A DNA stretch of 37,355 nucleotides from a virus, in IMG/VR virus record IMGVR_UViG_3300017978_000263, positions 1 through 37,355 of that record, one strand, 5' to 3'. The notes beneath the pieces were generated by a model that ran no database searches, had not been told where the DNA came from, and worked only from the letters and a program-made list of their open reading frames with translations. Below are positions 8,691 through 17,770 of this stretch, piece by piece. The translations under genes and the position numbers were made by a program. The first letter of the stretch is position 1. Every line of letters begins with the position of its first letter.

Positions 8691-8713
8691 TCTTATAATT
8701 AAGGAAGATAATA

Positions 8714-9700
8714 ATGGCAACAGATAGTGTATTAGGTCTATTTGCAGACCCTTATCAGATCATGCAGCAACAGTCAGCAGCTACGGATCAACGAGCAGCT
8801 CAGTTTGCTCAAATGGACCCTATGCAGCGAGCACAGTACGGTATCTACGGAGGGGCTTCTCGTATTGCTGGAGGCATCGCAGGTGCTATGGGTGCTCAAG
8901 ACCCAGCTCTTCAACAACAAGCAGCTATTCAAAGTGTGCTTAAAGGTGTAGACCAAACAGATGCAACAGCTCTTCGGGGAGCAGCTCAGAAGCTAGCTGA
9001 TCTCGGGTTCTTACAACCAGCAAATGCTTTAGCTCAACAATCAGTAGCCATTCAAGCCAAGATTGATGAGAAGCAAGCAGCTCGTGAACAAGCTCTTACA
9101 TTAGGTCGTGAGAAGATTCAAAGTGCTGAGCAGCTGGCTGCTGAACGTAATGCTATCCAAGTTCAGATCGCTCAGTTAAACGCTTCTTTGCGTAACGCTA
9201 ATAGCGATGTACAACGTCAGTTGATTGAACAACGTATCGAAGACTTAAAGACTAAAGCCACTGAGAAGCAACAAACACTTGAGTCTCAAGCCCAAGGCCG
9301 TGTAGCAGCTTTTGATAGTGCTTTAGATACGCTTGATTTGTTGTCTAAACATAAAGGCAAAAAAGATGTTGTAGGTGCTCTATCTGGCGGCGTGTTATCA
9401 GCTATTCCCGGCACTGATGCAGCTGGTTTTGCTACTCAGCTTGAGACATTTAAAGCTCAGACTTTTATTCCAATGGTGTCTGCTCTTAAAGGAATGGGTG
9501 CTCTGTCAGATGCTGAAGGTAAGAAACTTACAGCCGCTGTTGGTGCTTTAGACCCTAAGATGAAACTCTCTGAATTTAATGACGCTATTACTAAAATTAA
9601 AGCTGACTTAGAAGCCGCTCGTCAACGTGCTTCTACATTGCCGGGCATGAATACAAAACCTTCAAACGATAACGATCCATTAGGAATCCGTAAAAAATGA
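8714..9700 (+). CDS. Gln/Ala-rich coiled-coil virion protein (328 aa), internal protein candidate
   Basis: Extended helical, coiled-coil-like sequence (AIQAKIDEKQAAREQALTLGREKIQSAEQLAAERNAIQVQIAQL...). The call rests on position. Confidence 0.55.
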   Translation: MATDSVLGLFADPYQIMQQQSAATDQRAAQFAQMDPMQRAQYGIYGGASRIAGGIAGAMGAQDPALQQQAAIQSVLKGVDQTDATALRGAAQKLADLGFLQPANALAQQSVAIQAKIDEKQAAREQALTLGREKIQSAEQLAAERNAIQVQIAQLNASLRNANSDVQRQLIEQRIEDLKTKATEKQQTLESQAQGRVAAFDSALDTLDLLSKHKGKKDVVGALSGGVLSAIPGTDAAGFATQLETFKAQTFIPMVSALKGMGALSDAEGKKLTAAVGALDPKMKLSEFNDAITKIKADLEAARQRASTLPGMNTKPSNDNDPLGIRKK

Positions 9701-11832
9701 CAACAATCGCAGACATCCGAAAACAGTATCCTCAGTACTCTGACATTTCTGATGCTCAGTTGGCTGACTCATTTCATTCCAAGTTCTATTCAGATATCCC
9801 TAAAGAAGAGTTTTATAAATCTATTAACTTCTCTTCTGAGCCTGTACGAGGTCGCCCTACAATGGCTAACGACCCTCGTATTATTAAAGACACAGAATCT
9901 CGCCCCTCCAATAAAGGGATGTTTGAAAAAGTAGGAGACTTCCTTTCTACTCCTGCTGGTATAGTCACTCCTGAACAGCTAGGAGGATCTACTGCTGGTC
10001 GTGTTGCTCAAGGTGTGTTGGACCCTTTGTTGGGTATTGGTCAACTAGCTTCTAAAGCTTTTGGTAATGACACAGTATCTCAGCGTATGCAACAGAATGA
10101 GTTACGTTATCAACAAGCCCGTCAAGAGTCAGGCAGCGAAGGCACTGATGTCGCCCGTATTGTCGGTAACGTAGCTTCTCCTGTTAACTACGTTGCTCCA
10201 GCAGCCACTACAGGTGGTTTGATGCGTTCTGCTGCCACAGGCGCTACCTTAGCTGCTACTCAGCCTGTGTACGGTACTGATTTCTGGTCTGAGAAAGGCA
10301 CTCAAGCTGCTGTAGGTGCTATCTTAGGCCCATTGGCTGAATATGGTGTTAAGGGTGCAGGTAAGCTCTTAGACAGTTTTAAAGGTCTGTCCGAGTCAGG
10401 TCGAGCACAAGCTCTGCAAGATTGGTTGTTGAAGACTTCTGGTAAAGACAAAGATGTAATTATCAAGGCTTTACAGGAAGCTAAATCTATTGTACCCGGC
10501 AGTCAACCAACTGCTATGGAAGCTTTGGCGGCAGTTCCTGAAGGCGCTCCTCTAGCGGCTGCTCAGCAAGCTATTAGCCGTGAAGGTGTAGCTGCTCCTA
10601 TTGCGTTGACACGACAGGCTGAACAAGAAGCCGCTCGTCAGGCTCAATTAGCCACTATTGCAGGGACTCCTGAGCAACGAGCCGCCGTTGAAGCTGCTAG
10701 AACAGCTACAGGCGAGACTCGTGAAGCTGCTTTAGGCATGGCTGACACTGTAAAACAAGCTTTCGACGACATTACAACTAATGTTATGGGTCAAGCTAAC
10801 CGTATCGTAGGCGCTCGTGGTAGCTCTATGGTTACAGGTGAGGGGATCCCTGTCACTAACTTGACTGATCTTGCTAAAGAGACAACTAAAAACCTTCAAA
10901 AGTATCAACGTGTATCTCTGGCTGACAATGGTTTCTTTCCGTTAGAAGTTAAATCTGTTACACAGCAAATTGACACAGCTATTGAAGGCACGTCTTCTGA
11001 TTTGTCTAAAGCAGTCTTGAAGCTCGCTAAGGATAAAATATTGTCTAAAGCAGATGAGAATGGTTTTATTAGTAGTCGTGATTTGTATGACAACGTGCGT
11101 AAGACACTTAACCAAGACATTGAAGCCTTCCTTACTCAAGCAGGCCGTCCTGCCCAAGGAGGTATCCCACAACAAGCAGCTAAATCAGCTGGAGCTGTTA
11201 AGTCTTTTATTGACGCGTCATTGAATAAATCTTCTGGTGGGCTTTGGAAGCAATATATTGATGACTTTGCTGGTCACAGTCAAAAGCTAGATCGTATGGC
11301 TATCGGTGAGGCTTTGGAAAAGAAACTTGGCGCCCCTCTTGATAATAAAGAACGTGCTGCTGCGTTTGCTCAAGCTGTGCAGGAAGCTGGAGGGTTGATT
11401 AAACGTGCTACAGGTCAGCCACGCTACTCACAAGTTTCTGAAGTACTTACAGCAGAGGAAACTGGGGCTGTTAACCGTGTCTTAGCTGATTTAACTCGTT
11501 TGGAAAAAGGCAAGACTATGGCAGGTAGTGTTAAAGCTCCTGACTATGCTCCTAAAGCTCCGTTGGAAGGTACTAGCTTGCTCAGCCGCGCCTACACTGT
11601 TGCTAAAGAAGTCATGCAGGCTTTGTCTCGCGGTAACAAAGAAGAGTTTGAAAAGAAATTCATTCAGCTCGCTATGGACCCTCAAGCAATGGCTGCTTTC
11701 ATGCAAGCTGGTCCTATAACTACTCAACGTAAGCTAGTTGAAGCCATGAATAAACGTCTTAGCCCTGAAGGTCAACGTATTCTTATTCAGTCAGCTACTG
11801 TCGGGGAACCTGCACGTACAGTAGGTGAGTAA
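9697..11832 (+). CDS. Large internal virion / ejection protein candidate (711 aa)
   Basis: ATGA overlap with the upstream gene. It is the largest ORF in the structural arm. I saw no lysozyme or transglycosylase motif. The call rests on size and gene order. Confidence 0.5.
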   Translation: MTTIADIRKQYPQYSDISDAQLADSFHSKFYSDIPKEEFYKSINFSSEPVRGRPTMANDPRIIKDTESRPSNKGMFEKVGDFLSTPAGIVTPEQLGGSTAGRVAQGVLDPLLGIGQLASKAFGNDTVSQRMQQNELRYQQARQESGSEGTDVARIVGNVASPVNYVAPAATTGGLMRSAATGATLAATQPVYGTDFWSEKGTQAAVGAILGPLAEYGVKGAGKLLDSFKGLSESGRAQALQDWLLKTSGKDKDVIIKALQEAKSIVPGSQPTAMEALAAVPEGAPLAAAQQAISREGVAAPIALTRQAEQEAARQAQLATIAGTPEQRAAVEAARTATGETREAALGMADTVKQAFDDITTNVMGQANRIVGARGSSMVTGEGIPVTNLTDLAKETTKNLQKYQRVSLADNGFFPLEVKSVTQQIDTAIEGTSSDLSKAVLKLAKDKILSKADENGFISSRDLYDNVRKTLNQDIEAFLTQAGRPAQGGIPQQAAKSAGAVKSFIDASLNKSSGGLWKQYIDDFAGHSQKLDRMAIGEALEKKLGAPLDNKERAAAFAQAVQEAGGLIKRATGQPRYSQVSEVLTAEETGAVNRVLADLTRLEKGKTMAGSVKAPDYAPKAPLEGTSLLSRAYTVAKEVMQALSRGNKEEFEKKFIQLAMDPQAMAAFMQAGPITTQRKLVEAMNKRLSPEGQRILIQSATVGEPARTVGE

Positions 11833-12599
11833 TGCCTCTCTTAATCCTTGCTGGTGCTCTCAAGGCTGTTGAGGCTATCCAGCAGGGATGTGAGCTTTAT
11901 AAAGAGTATAAGGGTACTGTCATTAAAGCTAAGAAGACCTTTGATGAAGTCAAAGGGATAGCAACTGAGGTAACTCAGGTAAGTACAGGTATATGGGGAT
12001 TCATTCAGAGTCTATTCACCTCAAAATCTGAGGCGATTAAGCCACCTAATCAACGCACAAGTGCTGACCGCATAGAGGTTTCTAATGATACTAAGGTTGA
12101 AGTTAAGGAAAAGAAGGCTGAGAAAGCTCCTCCGCTAGAGTACGATGAACAAGGTATCAAGAATGAGCTAATCAAGAACTTGAAGGTATTCTTCAAAGCA
12201 ATGATAGCCATTCAACATAAGATAGAGACACAACAGCTACGTATTGATACTGAGTTCATTGAACCTGATGAGTTACTAGATGTCTCCTTGGACTTAGTTA
12301 TAGCTAAGAAGGAGATGGAGAAGGCTCAGAAGGAGATCAGAGAGGTAATGATCTATCAGAGTCCTCCTGAGCTAGGTGCTCTCTACACCGATGTTATTGA
12401 GATGTTTGGAATAGTACAGGAGAAACAAGAAGTAACTCACTTGTTAGCTATTAAGCGTAGGAAAGAGGAAGTCCTTCGGAAACATAGGCTAGTTAATAAG
12501 ATACGTAAACGGATAGCATTGGTCATAGTAATGGCTATATTGGTACTGGAAATATGGGGACTAACAGCAGCGATTCTTCTAGCGAGACACTCTACGTAA
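11832..12599 (+). CDS. Coiled-coil protein with C-terminal transmembrane anchor (255 aa)
   Basis: TAATG coupling. The central segment is Lys/Glu-rich and helical. The C-terminus IALVIVMAILVLEIWGLTAAILLA is hydrophobic. Confidence 0.55.
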   Translation: MPLLILAGALKAVEAIQQGCELYKEYKGTVIKAKKTFDEVKGIATEVTQVSTGIWGFIQSLFTSKSEAIKPPNQRTSADRIEVSNDTKVEVKEKKAEKAPPLEYDEQGIKNELIKNLKVFFKAMIAIQHKIETQQLRIDTEFIEPDELLDVSLDLVIAKKEMEKAQKEIREVMIYQSPPELGALYTDVIEMFGIVQEKQEVTHLLAIKRRKEEVLRKHRLVNKIRKRIALVIVMAILVLEIWGLTAAILLARHST

Positions 12600-12699
12600 G
12601 CTTCCTTGTGTTGCTTACTTTATTGTTCTTCATCATCTTACCGTTTGAACTCTATCTATATATTATCGTAAAGGACGCTGTAGAGGCGTGTAGACCAAA

Positions 12700-13152
12700 A
12701 TGAATGAACTAATGAACTTACTCAAAGGGGCTGCACCTGCACTAGCTACAGCTGTGATGGGTCCAATGGGCGGTATGGCTATGAACGCTATCGCTGCTAA
12801 GTTGGGCGTAGAAGCTACCCCTAGCGCAGTTACTCAAGCTCTTAAAGACAATCCTGACTTAGCTGCTAAGCTCAAAGAGATTGACTGTAAAGAGTACGAG
12901 ATTGAACAAACAAACCTGACGGAGCGTATGAAGGCTGATATGGCCTCTGACTCTTGGTTGTCTAAGAACATCCGTCCTATGGTGCTTATATTCCTTCTGG
13001 TGGCCTACAGTGGCTTCGCTATCGCCTCTATTTTCAACTATGAGACTAGAGGTGCTTATGTGGAACTCTTAGGTCAGTGGGGAATGCTCGTGATGTCTTT
13101 CTACTTCGGTGGTAGGACAATGGAAAAACTAGCTGATAAGGTAAAGAAGTAA
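12700..13152 (+). CDS. Putative holin (150 aa; GTA-type 3-TM holin-like)
   Basis: The N-terminus has hydrophobic Gly/Ala/Met-rich stretches. The motif ...DMASDSWLSKNIRPMVLIFLLVAYSGFAIASIF... and a further TM (LLGQWGMLVMSFYFGG) resemble the PF11351-type holin as I recall it. It sits two genes upstream of the endolysin. Confidence 0.5.
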   Translation: MNELMNLLKGAAPALATAVMGPMGGMAMNAIAAKLGVEATPSAVTQALKDNPDLAAKLKEIDCKEYEIEQTNLTERMKADMASDSWLSKNIRPMVLIFLLVAYSGFAIASIFNYETRGAYVELLGQWGMLVMSFYFGGRTMEKLADKVKK

Positions 13153-13153
13153 T

Positions 13154-13438
13154 ATGAAAGAACTAATTCAACAGTGGATTAATAAACCACCTCTAACAGA
13201 ACAAGAGATCGAGATCCGTACGTGGGCTTTTGTCGTTCGTTCTATCACCGCTATGGTAATGATTATTGCCTTCGGTGTCCTGTGGCTCATCGGCTTTGAA
13301 GAGCAGACAGGTGACTTAGCTCCTATCGACGCTGTGTTCCTTGAGATCCTCAAAGCTATTGCCTTCATGGGCGTTGGTGCTATGGGTGCTATCTCAGGTC
13401 GTAAAAGCTCACCAGCCCCTACTAAAGAAGGAGAATAA
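13154..13438 (+). CDS. Small two-TM membrane protein (94 aa), lysis-cassette member
   Basis: TM candidates are WAFVVRSITAMVMIIAFGVLWLIGF and VFLEILKAIAFMGVGAMGAI. It lies between the holin candidate and the endolysin. Confidence 0.55.
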   Translation: MKELIQQWINKPPLTEQEIEIRTWAFVVRSITAMVMIIAFGVLWLIGFEEQTGDLAPIDAVFLEILKAIAFMGVGAMGAISGRKSSPAPTKEGE

Positions 13439-13440
13439 TC

Positions 13441-13893
13441 ATGCAATTAAGCGAGCACTTTTCACTTGAAGAAGCTACTTACAGTGAGACAGCTGTACGT
13501 CAAGGTATTGACAATCAACCCTCTGCTACTCAGCTTGAGAACATGAAGGTTGCAGCTCAGAAGCTAGAGCAGCTACGTGCTGTTACTGGCCCTCTGAAGA
13601 TCAACTCTTGGTTGCGTCTACCAGCCGTTAACGTGGCTGTTGGAGGCTCTAAAGTATCTTCTCACATGGATGGCTGGGCTATTGACGTATCTAGCTCTAA
13701 ACTGACTCCTCTCCAACTATGCCAAGAAGTACAGAAGGCAGGTATTAAGTTCGATCAGATGATCCATGAATTCGGTCGTTGGATGCACATCTCCTTTGCG
13801 CCGGAAATGAGACAACAAGAGCTAACTATCTACCGTCCTGAGAACAAGTATAAAGCTGGTATTCTGACTGAAGAGGAATACAAGAAAGCTTAA
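13441..13893 (+). CDS. Endolysin, peptidase M15 (zinc D-Ala-D-Ala / L-Ala-D-Glu peptidase fold)
   Basis: H-x6-D zinc-ligand motif in SSHMDGWAIDV, plus a later His (IHEFGRWMHISF). The N-terminal EHFSLEEATYSETA is typical of the M15A family. It is the last gene of the late arm. Confidence 0.75.
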   Translation: MQLSEHFSLEEATYSETAVRQGIDNQPSATQLENMKVAAQKLEQLRAVTGPLKINSWLRLPAVNVAVGGSKVSSHMDGWAIDVSSSKLTPLQLCQEVQKAGIKFDQMIHEFGRWMHISFAPEMRQQELTIYRPENKYKAGILTEEEYKKA

Positions 13894-13914
13894 ACCCTAA
13901 GCTTAGATACAAAG

Positions 13915-13945
13915 AAGCCCACCTTTTGAGTGGGCTTTTCTGTTT
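13915..13945. terminator. Bidirectional rho-independent terminator at the convergence of the two arms
   Basis: aagcccac (13915-13922) pairs with gtgggctt (13930-13937), loop cttttga. It is followed by TTCTGTTT on the plus strand and CTTCTTTGT on the minus strand. Confidence 0.75.
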
Positions 13946-14093
13946 ACGCAGTAAACTGCTTTAAAGGTGAAGGTACTCGCTGCATCCGTCAGTATTGCTC
14001 GTAATCTGAGTGTCGAACAAGAAAGATTTAACTTTTAATCCTCAGCGCCCCGCAGGTTAAATCCGCGACAGCATCCGCTTTCCCTTCAAAACT

Positions 14094-14246
14094 CTAGAAG
14101 AATAGTATTGCTATGTTAAAGAATCCTAAGTGGATGAGGATAGCTTGACAGAACTCATACTCATCTTCATCAGTCTCTACTATGGCCTCATCTGTGTGGA
14201 TAATACCTAGTACAAGACCTCCTGACCAGTTAAAATCAATAATCAT
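14094..14246 (-). CDS. Small hypothetical protein (50 aa), last gene of the leftward arm
   Basis: Not in the track (<60 aa). ATG 14246 overlaps the upstream stop (ATGA) and is preceded by AAGGA. Translation: MIIDFNWSGGLVLGIIHTDEAIVETDEDEYEFCQAILIHLGFFNIAILFF, stop TAG at 14094-14096. Confidence 0.45.
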   Translation of the reverse strand: MIIDFNWSGGLVLGIIHTDEAIVETDEDEYEFCQAILIHLGFFNIAILFF

Positions 14247-14437
14247 TCTTTATCCTTATATCGTGGTTGAGTGTCTAGTTCAATGTTTAGAAACTCTTCC
14301 AAAATATCTATACGCTTATTTGTTTTTGCTATATCTCCACGAATGGTTCTAACAATACTTTCAAGCTCAAAGATACTTCGTTTAAGTTCCCTATTCAAAG
14401 AGTTTTGAAAAGCGTTATCTTGCTGACTGCTTACCAT
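14243..14437 (-). CDS. Hypothetical coiled-coil protein (64 aa)
   Basis: 7-nt overlap with the upstream glutaredoxin-like gene. The sequence is helical and charged. Confidence 0.55.
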   Translation of the reverse strand: MVSSQQDNAFQNSLNRELKRSIFELESIVRTIRGDIAKTNKRIDILEEFLNIELDTQPRYKDKE

Positions 14438-14622
14438 GTTTCATCCTTTGAGTAAATCATGTGGGGTACAGAACGTACCGTCGGGAACTGCTCCTTAAAG
14501 GCTTCAATGGCCATATCCTTGCCGAGTTCGATCTCCACGAACTCTACGCCTTCGGCTTTAAGTTCACTCTTTAATTTAACACAGCCCGGACAGTTGGGTT
14601 TAGAGTATACGATTGTTTTCAT
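14431..14622 (-). CDS. Glutaredoxin/NrdH-like thioredoxin-fold redoxin (63 aa)
   Basis: MKTIVYSKPNCPGCVKLKSEL... has a C-x-x-C active site after beta1 in a roughly 60-80 aa protein. It lies directly downstream of the ribonucleotide reductase gene. Confidence 0.75.
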   Translation of the reverse strand: MKTIVYSKPNCPGCVKLKSELKAEGVEFVEIELGKDMAIEAFKEQFPTVRSVPHMIYSKDETW

Positions 14623-14627
14623 AACAG

Positions 14628-14639
14628 CCCCCGAAGGGG
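14628..14639 (-). promoter_or_regulatory. CCCC-UUCG-GGGG tetraloop hairpin between the RNR and redoxin genes
   Basis: The minus-strand RNA reads ...ACCCCUUCGGGGGCUGUUAUG. The hairpin ends 5 nt before the redoxin ATG and contains the only G-rich SD-like stretch. Confidence 0.4.
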
Positions 14640-14659
14640 TATCCTTTCATTTCTTCTTA

Positions 14660-16573
14660 TTAGCGGATAGGGCAAGCACCAGTCGAACATTCAGCATCGT
14701 CAAGACCAATATTAGCCTCGTCAATAGCCGTGATAGTGCGTGTATTGGCAACCAGCTCATTGTACTGCTCCTCAGTGATCTCTTCCAGCGGAGCTTGCTT
14801 GAAGCCGTGCTCTGAGTGTAACAGGAAAGACAAGGACTTGTGGTTTGTCTTGTAGTTCTTCTTGAGATACTTCTTGATCTCAGGCAGCTCTTCAGGACGA
14901 TAGTACACAGTACAAGACACAGAGTTATCGCTCCATACTTCCTGCAACCACTTAACTGTTTCCAGCTGAGAGATAGCTGTCATGTCCTTAGCCAACACAG
15001 CGTGATCTGGGTGACGGAATGGGAAGCTCACAACCACTGTCGAACGGTCTTCAGTACCGTCAAAGTTTTGCTGATATTCCACATGGTAGCCGTGATCCTT
15101 ACAGACTTGAACCAACGAGTGATTAGAGCTGATACGGATACGACGAATCATGAATCGAGCATAAGCAGGATGACAGCCGGGAGTAACACCGGGCAACAAA
15201 GACAAAGTACCTGAAGGCTTGACAGTGGTCAGCTTGATGGAACGATTAAAACCATATTGTTGACTGTAAGCATCATCGAAAGCACGAATCTTACCGTATG
15301 TCTCACTCAGCCATGACTTCTGTTCTTCAGTGGACTGCAAGACACCTGTGATACCAATACCCATTCGCATGTTCTCGTGAACGATAGCCTCTGTGACCTT
15401 TTGGTGACACTGGAGCGCCAACGAGTGCTTATTGATACGGTACAGCAGAGTACAAACATCAAGAAGCTCTTCTTTGCTAGAGATATTAGGTAGGAACACT
15501 TCTGCAAGGCAACAAGTTTCACCGTCAGCCAAAGACTGTTCAGCACACGGATTATAACCCTGCACTTTGGGATCTGGATACTGAGTTTCACCCAATCGTC
15601 CGATCTTACGTGAGAGCTTGAGGTTGATAAGACCGTAAGGTTCGCCCTTGCCTTCATAACCATCCCAGAAGAAGTCGTGCAGATCTCCAATATCGTGACA
15701 CACGACTGAGTTGTTGGACATGGCTCTCCATGACGGGATATTGCCCAAGTCCCATCGCTTAGCAAGTAGATATTCCACATCGTCTGCATCTCCAATAGCA
15801 ATCTGAGCACTTCGACGCACGTTACCTGCAACGACAACAGCACCGATAATGTTCATAATGTCCAAACAGTCAACAGGACGTAGTTGCTTACCTGCACGTT
15901 TCTCCAAGATCTTGCTGATGTTCTCAATACCCCACACCAAATCCTCTGGACCTGAAGCAGTACCACCAAAGCCTTTGATAGGAGCGCCTTTAGAGCGAAT
16001 CAGCTGTGTCGAGTAGCTGAAAGTTTGCTTACCTGAGCTGTGAGCCAAGAATGCAGCCTTGAGCGTCTTACCCAAGAGAGCAACCCATCCTTCACGGCTG
16101 TCAGGAACAATAAAATCAGCCCCACTATCGTTACTACGAACAGGACACTTAAAATCAAGATTAACTGGAGGAAGTTTATTAACATTTTCTTTCTGAATGT
16201 TGTAGCCAACGCCTGAGCCAAGCATCAACATATCCATAGCCCAAGTGAAAGGCTCCACAGGCTTATCGACTGTACGGAAAGCACAGTTTTGAAGGCTGGA
16301 AAGGCCTAACTTGTCAACTGTATCTGTACCTAATTGCCACCAGAAACGACCTGCTACAGAGCCTTTAAGACCCAAGAGATAGTCACGTAGGCGTTGTTCT
16401 TCATCCTTAGAGAAGCCACATTTGAGCTGCTCATCACAGGCTTTAATGACACGCTCTACGGTGTCAGGAAACTCTTCTGTAGGGCTATTGATATCGTTCT
16501 CATCCAAGCGACGAGCATAGGTACGCTTGTATGTCAAATAGCCTACTGAAGACCAAGGTGTCAAAGTTGTCAT
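14660..16573 (-). CDS. nrdJ: Ribonucleotide reductase, single-chain class II (B12-dependent)-like, 637 aa
   Basis: Active-site NPCAEQSL, RRSAQIAIGD, TVKPSGTLSLL, and a C-terminal Cys pair CSTGACPIR. No nrdB-type small subunit is present in the genome. The track start is GTG 16609. ATG 16573 (MTTLTPW...) lies downstream of the promoter at 16612-16640 and is preferred. Confidence 0.8.
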   Translation of the reverse strand: MTTLTPWSSVGYLTYKRTYARRLDENDINSPTEEFPDTVERVIKACDEQLKCGFSKDEEQRLRDYLLGLKGSVAGRFWWQLGTDTVDKLGLSSLQNCAFRTVDKPVEPFTWAMDMLMLGSGVGYNIQKENVNKLPPVNLDFKCPVRSNDSGADFIVPDSREGWVALLGKTLKAAFLAHSSGKQTFSYSTQLIRSKGAPIKGFGGTASGPEDLVWGIENISKILEKRAGKQLRPVDCLDIMNIIGAVVVAGNVRRSAQIAIGDADDVEYLLAKRWDLGNIPSWRAMSNNSVVCHDIGDLHDFFWDGYEGKGEPYGLINLKLSRKIGRLGETQYPDPKVQGYNPCAEQSLADGETCCLAEVFLPNISSKEELLDVCTLLYRINKHSLALQCHQKVTEAIVHENMRMGIGITGVLQSTEEQKSWLSETYGKIRAFDDAYSQQYGFNRSIKLTTVKPSGTLSLLPGVTPGCHPAYARFMIRRIRISSNHSLVQVCKDHGYHVEYQQNFDGTEDRSTVVVSFPFRHPDHAVLAKDMTAISQLETVKWLQEVWSDNSVSCTVYYRPEELPEIKKYLKKNYKTNHKSLSFLLHSEHGFKQAPLEEITEEQYNELVANTRTITAIDEANIGLDDAECSTGACPIR

Positions 16574-16611
16574 AATTTCTTTCTGATGTTGTTGTTTTTC
16601 AAAGGGCACGT

Positions 16612-16640
16612 ATTTTAGTACGATTCGATCATTTTGTCAA
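16612..16640 (-). promoter_or_regulatory. Near-consensus sigma70-type promoter driving the RNR operon
   Basis: The minus strand reads TTGACA (16640-16635), 17-nt spacer, TAAAAT (16617-16612). It shares the TTGACAAA extension with the three plus-strand promoters and overlaps the stop of the upstream gene. Confidence 0.55.
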
Positions 16641-17010
16641 GATACCAACGAGCTTTTTCGAGGTCTTCTTTACCATTCTTGTCTACAAAACGCATTAAGT
16701 ACTGCATAAGTTGTACATAATCTGATGAAAACAAGGGAGAGTATTGCAAAGGGGTGTTCTCACACAGTTTCTCCGAATCAGTCCACTTACTCACTAGTTT
16801 CTCGATTACGTCACGTACTTCAATACCCTGCCCCTCAAAGCCACGTTCCTTGACTTCCATCTCATCAAAGAGCATATAATGCTTTGGTTTACTAATTACA
16901 TTGTAAAAGTCTCCAGCTAATGTGCCGTTTAAGCCTTGCGTAAATCGTTGTTCATCAGGGATGTTCAATGCTGCCATATATTCCTCAATTTCCTTTACTG
17001 TTGGTTTCAT
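16615..17010 (-). CDS. DUF3310-like protein (131 aa)
   Basis: KPKHY...GIEVRDVIEKL...QLMQYLMRFVDKNGKEDLEKARWYLDKMIE matches my recollection of the DUF3310 (SaV-like) pattern. The chosen start ATG 17010 lies 1 nt after the upstream stop (TAAcATG). The track start 17070 would overlap the upstream gene by 59 nt. Confidence 0.5.
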   Translation of the reverse strand: MKPTVKEIEEYMAALNIPDEQRFTQGLNGTLAGDFYNVISKPKHYMLFDEMEVKERGFEGQGIEVRDVIEKLVSKWTDSEKLCENTPLQYSPLFSSDYVQLMQYLMRFVDKNGKEDLEKARWYLDKMIESY

Positions 17011-17011
17011 G

Positions 17012-17770
17012 TTATGAGTACTTTCGTTGTAGATATTCGATTGATAAGAACATCTCGTCAAAGTGGCCATCTTCTACTTCATTCATGACAAGTAAGCCTC
17101 GCCAGTGACGATTGCTTAGTTGGTCCATATAGTCTTCATCATGAAGATAGTAACTACCAGCCACAATAGCACAGATAGGCTTTCCATCAGCACGTTTACC
17201 GTAGGCGATCTGCTTCCCTTGTTGGTGACCAGCAACACATGACATATGTAACTTGCTGATAATAGCGGCAGGAGAAGCAGCAGGTCTTCCCATCGCACCA
17301 ACAGGCCAGTAATGACTAAACCCAACACCATTGATAAAAACAGGGTGTAAGAACTCATGTACTTCCCAATCTTTCAAGTCAAGGTCATCATAGGTAAGTA
17401 GTCCTTCCAGCATAGGATTGTTGTTAACAGCCCTAGTCAGTCGGTTCTCATGGTTACCCTTCAAGAAGACCATCCGAGGCTTGTAAGGCTTATGCTTACC
17501 CTTCTTCTGGGTATCTTGAAGCTCTTTGAGAGGCTTTAAGAGCACTTCCATGCCCTTATTGCCAGCCTCTACGTCAGCTAGGTAGCGCTTACCTTCAAAG
17601 TACTTGCTACCAGCCTTGTCGTGACTACTGAGACTAGGGAAGTCCCAATGATCTCCTAAGTGAACTACCACATCAGGGCGGTACTCACAGATAGCTTTAC
17701 CAGCCCAAGTCAGATGGTCTTGTGGAGCATCAGGTTTGCACTGAGTATCTGGTACACATAGGATTCTCAT
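17012..17770 (-). CDS. Calcineurin-like metallophosphoesterase (252 aa)
   Basis: GDHWD (GDxxD) and GNHE motifs in the canonical order and spacing, with His-rich downstream motifs. Confidence 0.75.
   Translation of the reverse strand: MRILCVPDTQCKPDAPQDHLTWAGKAICEYRPDVVVHLGDHWDFPSLSSHDKAGSKYFEGKRYLADVEAGNKGMEVLLKPLKELQDTQKKGKHKPYKPRMVFLKGNHENRLTRAVNNNPMLEGLLTYDDLDLKDWEVHEFLHPVFINGVGFSHYWPVGAMGRPAASPAAIISKLHMSCVAGHQQGKQIAYGKRADGKPICAIVAGSYYLHDEDYMDQLSNRHWRGLLVMNEVEDGHFDEMFLSIEYLQRKYS

Noticed and set aside
14040-14080. tRNA-like T-loop string GGTTAAATCC in the non-coding tail
   Set aside because: The putative T-stem has an A-C mismatch and the conserved C56 position is an A. No complementary acceptor 5' strand (ATGCTGT) exists about 65-70 nt upstream. 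It is not a tRNA.
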